Positions 59,201 to 64,000 of a DNA stretch of 64,000 bases are shown here, in pieces. The DNA is from Bugula neritina. Lineage: Eukaryota; Animalia; Bryozoa. Positions within the stretch are counted from its first letter, which is position 1; each line of letters opens with the position of its first letter. A model generated the notes under the pieces. The model made no database searches. It had not been told where the DNA came from and saw only the letters and a program-made list of their open reading frames with translations. A program made the translations under genes and the position numbers. Where the stretch lies: assembly GCA_964035545.1 (NCBI GenBank), contig OZ037773.1, forward strand, positions 2,013,751 to 2,077,750. Direction: 5' to 3'.

Positions 59201-62051
59201 TCTTCAGTAAGATATGCACAGATGAACTTATAAGAATGAACTGTGAGAATGAACTTATAAAAAGGAACTGATTCGTAAACACAACTGCCTCAGTATTTAT
59301 AGTAAACAAAACACTCTAGAACATTCTCAAGCATTCCAGTATAGAAGATTCTAGTACAAAACATTCCCCACATACCAATACTATTTATAAAAAATCAAAA
59401 CAAAACATTGGAATTTCCATGGTTATTTCGCAATTATTGCGCAATACCTTGTTTACATTGCTGGACAGTAGTTAACATGACTAATGAAAATAACAATGAA
59501 CAATGACCCATCTCTTTGATCAATCTAGAATATTTATGAACATTCGTGTATAATCATTAGGAAAAACCCGGTAAGTCTATAGGTATATGTATACTCAGAA
59601 TTTGTGACAGCAGTAAATATGTGAAAAATACTCAACTAACTCAAGTCATTTTTTCTTTTGAATTGCTTTTGTAAAATGATGGAGTGGTGAATAGTGACAG
59701 CCTTAATAAAGTTAATTTTTTGAATTCAAAATATTTGTAATAGAGAACTTCAATTGCTCATTCATATTTTGAAATTTATTTATTTTATTTCTACAAATTT
59801 ATTTTGATCAAACTTTACTCAAAAATTTATAAATAACAGAAATTGTCAGAGCTTTTACCATAAGAGCTAAAATAGTAGAATCTGAGCTGTCAATTTCTGT
59901 TAGGGTTAGAAAGCTTTAACATAATCTCAGTCACTTCTTATAAGCTTAATATATAACTCACCCTTTGTGCAAGAATTTTTCGTGAATGTTCTAGCCAACT
60001 GTTCAGCAACATGTTTTATAATTATATCTCTGTGAGTCATATAAATTTGAATGTACAGTACTTCTGAGAGCAATTCTTTACAATTAGAAAGCCTAATTTA
60101 AAATATATCTTTTAAACAATCATATTCACTAACACTCCTTTCTACCAGACATAAAAAAAAATTGTTGCACGCACAAATTTGAAGTACTACTATAAATGTT
60201 GATTGTATCAAACAGTTTGTTTGCAAGAAAATGAGACTTATAATAATAAACAAAATGAACTGAAATTATTACAATCTATATAAAATTATATATAAACAAA
60301 TTAAAATATAATATAGTTAAAAAGAAGAAATTTTACTACGGCCCACATTACTAAAATTAGCATACGTAGAAAAGTACTATTAAAAAATATTATTTGCAAC
60401 CAAACTTTAAATAATCATAATTTTTCATCCTCTTTTTAATAAATTGTTGCAGTTCTACTCTAAATAATAGGCTACTAATAACAAACTATGAACATCAACC
60501 TATCGAAAGTTAGAGAGTGTTGTATCATTTTCCTTGAATCTTATGTTACGCAGAAGAAGCTCTAACAATAATTGAAGAGAAGCAAGGGGTGGAGAAAGCC
60601 CCTTCCCCATCAAATACTGGCAGAGCAAAGGGAAAAGCTTTGAAAAAAAGAAAAGATCATAGAAAAAAATTAGTGAGGGACTCCAGCCGTAAGTTTGCTC
60701 TAAAATAGTAAATATGTATATAAATAATAATGATATAGTATTAATTAGTAGAATGTGTCATATTTATATAGTAATGTTAAATAACTACAACATATCATAG
60801 AAATAAAATAGGAGCTAGGTGCAATAACAAAGAAATTGAAAAAAGCCTGTGTTCTAGATTAAAAATGCAGCATAAGAAGTGATTTTCTTGTGAGAATTTC
60901 AGCCCTCATTCCCCAAACCAAAATTAAAGAGCTTAGGCTATCTCAATTTCTCCACTACTGCTCCTAAATAGTGAATACAATAGTTGCAATCAGATGATAC
61001 ATGTAAGATCAAGTAACTAAAACATATAATATCTTAGACAACTCAAATAACCAATATATATTAGTGTGAGGAAAACTGAAATCATATTACATTGTTGTAT
61101 TGTTGATTTTATTTGAAGCCATTGAAGAGACAAAAGTTCAACCTCAAAGTCAGAAAAGACGAATTGTGAAGAGGGCCCCTCAACCAGTTCCACTCAACTC
61201 AGGTAATTAGCACTAGTTCCTATATAATAAACATGTTTCAGGACATGCAACAGTAAAACAAAGGCAGGAAAACCTCAGAATATGTAGAAACAATATTTAT
61301 AATAACATACACTGCATTATACTCTAATTCATGCCAGTGAGCTCATCTTTATACTATATTGCATTATATTATATTGTATTGTATTATAATATATTATATC
61401 ATATTACATTATATTTATTGTGTCATATTATAATATATTATATTATATTATATTACATTATATGATATTATATTATGTCATAATATATCACATTATATTA
61501 TATTGTATTATATTATAATAGTATATTATATTTATTACATTATATTATATTATATAACCTTATATTATATTGTATTGCACTGTATTATATTATAATATAA
61601 TTTAATATAAAATTATATATAATATTATATATTATATTTTCTAAATTGTATTATATAATTATGTAATGTAATTATAATTTATTACACCCTGTAATATTGT
61701 AATACAGGTATTATTTTATAGATTTTTATATTATACGATATTATATATTTTATTGTTCTATATTGTATTAGAGTATTTCATAATGTATTATATTACCAGC
61801 TAAGAGCTCCGCATCAAGAAATAAAGAACGGAACAAGCCATACCCTGAATCTACCAAAGGGACACCTGTCAAAGAGGCACCTGTTAAAGGGACATCTGTC
61901 AAAGAGGCACCTGTTAAAGGGACACATGTCAAAGAGTCACATCTTAGGGAGGCACATGTCAAAGCAGCACATGTCGGAGGGCCTCACGGAGGTGATCAGT
62001 TGTGGAAGACAATCCAGTCGTCTAGTATAGATTCTCAACCAGCACCATCAG
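53242..62051 (+). CDS. Unannotated spliced gene, low-complexity protein of unknown function (3' end not determined)
   Basis: Four AG/GT-bounded, phase-compatible open exons: 53240-53383, 60554-60688, 61119-61202, 61800-62051. They give MSGGDLAKADS..DEAWSDELSDS..KALKKRKDHRKK..QKRRIVKR..(KGTPV KEAPV)-type repeats. Confidence 0.6.
53405..53640. repeat. 48-bp minisatellite
   Basis: Unit TATGTAGTTATACAGTATACTTACTATATACGGTTATACAACATACTG, about 4 copies. Confidence 0.85.
53736..53920 (-). mobile_element. Diverged SINE copy
   Basis: Homologous to 29295-29509. Confidence 0.7.
53965..54491 (-). repeat. 3' LTR of Gmr1-like element
   Basis: Direct repeat of 59083-59609. Confidence 0.96.
54538..58986 (-). 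CDS. pol: Gag-Pol polyprotein with order Gag(2x CCHC)-PR-IN-RT-RH
   Basis: 1482-aa intact ORF. CFICKDKSHIARNC and CSHCKMNNHNTSDC knuckles, DTG protease, then integrase (H..GHLG..CQSC, IDLVGP, SDQG, E) before gypsy-type RT (YIDD) and RNase H (TDAS). Confidence 0.96.
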   Translation of the reverse strand: MALLERVTQMGKDLGLVEDKLIAFVEKNLPIVAAQEEKEKDREEKEKDREERRLEREAERIRQENEKALMEMKIKADQEAMALKIKADQEAEERRQRHELDMEKLKADTSLEHSRHESTRLEIANKPKPKIPFFDEKVDEMDSYLERFEWVAEGCNWDKGDWPYHLSQYLRGTATEAYIRLSPTDRRDYKKVKEALLERFNLTQEGYRKKLREAEAYEDETPAQLFTRIESYVHKWVELSGGMDIAKLVATEQFISSCPDDLAVHLKQSSYNSSEDMCDAASLFLHARGRKLAKTKKTNIKRMENTPTGSMNAEQGSKSDGACFICKDKSHIARNCPRRGKKYCSHCKMNNHNTSDCRKYGGRSVHAAAAIATTHNKTVVIDPGISSKVEEPTEIIVNGKKFVNAAVCKNGPKFKDGGTAIFDAEVNGQRATVMRDTGCGCIVVNAKYVQPQHLTGESVYLKMADASVRDAQWALISVRSPFYNGVVKDAVMDKTICDLLIGNVDGARSADQPLENWKDCAVTTRAQAVKEKSGDKPLMIDSNANPLSIGKDEIARMQRDDPTLERFFDAKEVKEKKGGITRFVVRNKILYREYTDSKSASVKPVKQLMVPSSLRKEVLQKAHDCIMSGHLGVKKTTDRVLSNFFWPGLNGDVVRFCQSCDICQKTVKKGSVMKVPVQETPLIDTPFKRCAIDLVGPINPPSEKGHRYILTLVDYATRYPEATPLKNIDSATVAEALLDIYSRVGIPEEVISDQGTQFISDYMKEFTRLLDMRQLPTSPYHAMANGLVEKFNGTLKSMLKKLCAKEPRQWHRFINAALFAYREVPQESTGFAPFELLYGRTVRGPMYILRQLWTKEDTADEVKTCYQHVFELRERLDDMMEMALASLKDSQKRYKHYFDKKTKQRDFKSGDKVLILLPTDGNKLLMHWQGPFNIEEKVRLNDYIINIRGKRRTYHANMLKKYFEREMPTDPMTVGAVMTLDAAGTGIIDHDEEREEDQDDLLDLYSKKRQTETSKDVILGEELGNQQRRQLEELLRKFEGIFSDLPGNATGIEHSIELTTDEPVKFKPYGLPYRVRETLKADIEDMLKMGVIRPSTSPYASPTVIVKKPDGSNRICIDYRKLNRVSVFDPEPMVKTDDVFRKLSKDKYFTKLDLSKGYWQIPVKKEDIPKTAFVTPDGHYEFIKMPFGMVNSGATLVRGLRKLFENLNGVDNYIDDILVHTESWEEHVKMLTEVFSRLATAGLTVRPSKCRVGGTNMEFIGHKLYRGEIKPMDDNIEKIRAAPRPTNKTQVRSFIGLTSYYREYIPHYSTIASPLTDLTKKGEPKKVKWQEPQEKAYTTLKTMLTSAPILKLPDVHKPFVLRTDASDVGLGAVLMQPQDGKLFPVSYASRKLLDRERNYSAIEKECLAVVWAVKKYLQYLYGAEFVLQTDHQPLVYINQAKFENSRVMRWAMYLQNFRIKVESIKGKDNVGADYLSRIDSEF
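59083..59609 (-). repeat. 5' LTR of Gmr1-like element
   Basis: Adjacent to the PBS and followed by TSD GCAGT. Confidence 0.96.
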
Positions 62052-62601
62052 GTTAGGTTTTGCTCCATGTTCCTTCGCTCAATCTACTGTCCCATCTTCT
62101 ACTGTCCTACCTTATACAGCCCCCACCTGTTAATGCTCTACTTTTTACTGCTCTCCCTGCTACTGTCTTACCATAGAAGGTAAGACAGTAGCAGAGAGGG
62201 CAGTAAAAGGTAGAAGGGTATGTGCTGTCCCACCTTCTACTCTCGCACCTTCTACTGTCACACTTGCTATTGGCCCATCTGCTAATTTATATATTTATGC
62301 AAGAAGTAGCATTGTATGTACAGCCAAACATTGCATGCTGTGAAAAGCAATATTTTTGTGTAGAATGCAAATAAAACTAAAGTGGAAAAACTTTTTGTCT
62401 GACCTGGAGAATCTGGCCATTTATTTTGATTATCAGACAATGAAGTATAAATGGGAGGATAACTCCATTATGTATGTGATATTACTGAGCTAATGTAGTA
62501 ATGTGATGAAATGGGTCAACCGGGGCACAATTGATTCAGAGTGAGCATATCTAACTGTCATTAGTCACAGTGTAGTGCTGTGAATAGTTAGTAGCCCCTC
62601 C

Positions 62602-62673
62602 CCCCTCGTGGTGTAATGGTCAGTACACTTGCTAGCAAGCCAGGGGTCTCAGGTTCGAGTCCCAGTGGGGGCA
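62602..62673 (+). pseudogene. tRNA-like sequence (tRNA pseudogene or SINE head)
   Basis: A box TGGTGTAATGG, B box GGTTCGAGTCC and plausible acceptor-stem pairing, but the anticodon and T stems are mispaired. Confidence 0.55.
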
Positions 62674-64000
62674 ATTATTTCAAAAGCTATTTCGGCATTT
62701 AGTCAATTTTAGTAGTACTCTACTCTGCAATTTTCAAAAAGTATTGGCACAGGAGAAGTTGAATATTTATATTACCAATATTATTAAGATTTAATAAAAG
62801 AAGAGCGACTGTTGGATTAATACTTCATATAGGCCAAACCGCTGCCGGTTTTACTAAAGAGGCTGCTTCTCCATTTTATTGTTTACTTAAAGAAAGATAA
62901 CTAGTAAAATACATTATAGGAAGAAAATATTTCAGCCTAAGCTAAATCAATGATGTCACTCATGGCATACAAACAACTTGGACATGACTCGTTATAATTC
63001 ATATTATGCTATTGATTTAAGTGGAGGATCAATACAAGCGTATTATATTATCATTCAGTGTGTGTATTCTAAACTGGTAACTTTATGCTATAGACCATTT
63101 GCCTGTGCTGTGGCATACAACTATAATAACTATATGAGTGATATTGATTGGGTGTCTATGCCTAATGCACATTGAGCTCTCGTTGTGCCATTTCATTCTC
63201 AGTTGAGAGTAGTGAATAGAACAGCGTGTAGGGTACGACTTTAGAGTGCAACTGATTAGCAAAGCTGTAGAATACAGTTGAAGGGATTCAGTTTTAATAT
63301 TAATTAAAACAACACGCCATGGCTGGTATGTGGTTATTCATTTAAATGTTTTATATATGTGTATATACAATTATATATACTATATATAATAGAAAAATTT
63401 TTAAGACTGGTCATTAAATACTGCCCAAGTTATTTCTAATACTATACTTTCTTTTATCATACCATAGTTATTGTTAAATTAACTTCATACATTGTTTCCT
63501 CATCAGTCAACTCACACTACCCCGATGAGTGGCACAACTTTTTCAGTTATTATGAAAAAAAAATTGTAGGTGATTCATTTTAAAAAGGCATTATACTTAT
63601 GAGCATATTTTAACCTATAAATTCTAATACATACGCACATTAAACTGTGATATGTTTGAGTTATATGAAATAATTCATCATTTTTATGCCTCAGATATTG
63701 CTAACTGGTTTGGATTATTTATTTTGTATTCGTATAGTTTACTTATTTATATAGTGTTACAAGCTGCAATACATTTATATACAGTACTATATTATATACC
63801 ATACTGTACTGTTGCGTACCATCATATACTTTTATGTATACTTATACATATATTATTACATTTTATTATATACTATTATAATATGTTATTATATCAAATT
63901 ATATATAGGGCTTACTATGGCTTTAGCTTTGTTTAATTTTAACCTGAAATAAAGTCAACTTATTGCCATAATTGGCCCTTGGTAATATACTCAGTTGTAA

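Larger units (their letters stand above)
53965..59609 (-). mobile_element. Full-length Gmr1-like Ty3/gypsy LTR retrotransposon
   Basis: 527-bp LTRs 53965-54491 and 59083-59609 (TGTCACAAA..TTTGTGACA, no differences seen). 5-bp TSD GCAGT. tRNA-Pro-like PBS 59064-59080. PPT at ~54492-54505. Single ORF. Confidence 0.97.

Noticed and set aside
62602-62673. Functional tRNA gene
   Set aside because: Anticodon and T stems do not pair properly; kept as pseudogene/SINE head.

Overview
AT-rich, intron-dense animal (probably invertebrate) genomic DNA. The main content is a + strand tandem cluster of type II membrane M1 aminopeptidase N-like genes: three apparently intact ~24-exon copies (A 1242-17369, B 20001-28713, B' 39786-50954) and a 3' remnant of a second A-type copy (~29970-35640), i.e. 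a duplicated A-B unit. The most striking feature is a tandem pair of homologous 156-nt exons (6a/6b) separated by a 51-nt intron whose branch point lies 26 nt from the upstream donor. They look like mutually exclusive exons that swap the S1-pocket/amine-binding motif ([10 protein letters not shown] vs [10 protein letters not shown]). Exon 6b is intact in B', has a stop codon in B and is a truncated relic in A. The paralogs are a gene-conversion-like patchwork in which divergence is concentrated in substrate-cavity exons. Two young full-length Ty3/gypsy LTR retrotransposons with apparently identical LTRs lie antisense in introns. One has a -1 frameshift signal with a predicted pseudoknot and an extra C2H2 zinc-finger ORF in the env position. 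The other has the unusual Gmr1-like PR-IN-RT-RH order. The window also holds a pogo-like DNA transposon relic, MITEs, tRNA-derived SINEs and many satellites. An unannotated spliced gene starts near 53240; its acceptor and ATG are embedded in a 43-bp minisatellite that generates serial M-S-R-stop mini-ORFs. All exon structures and alignments were made by eye.
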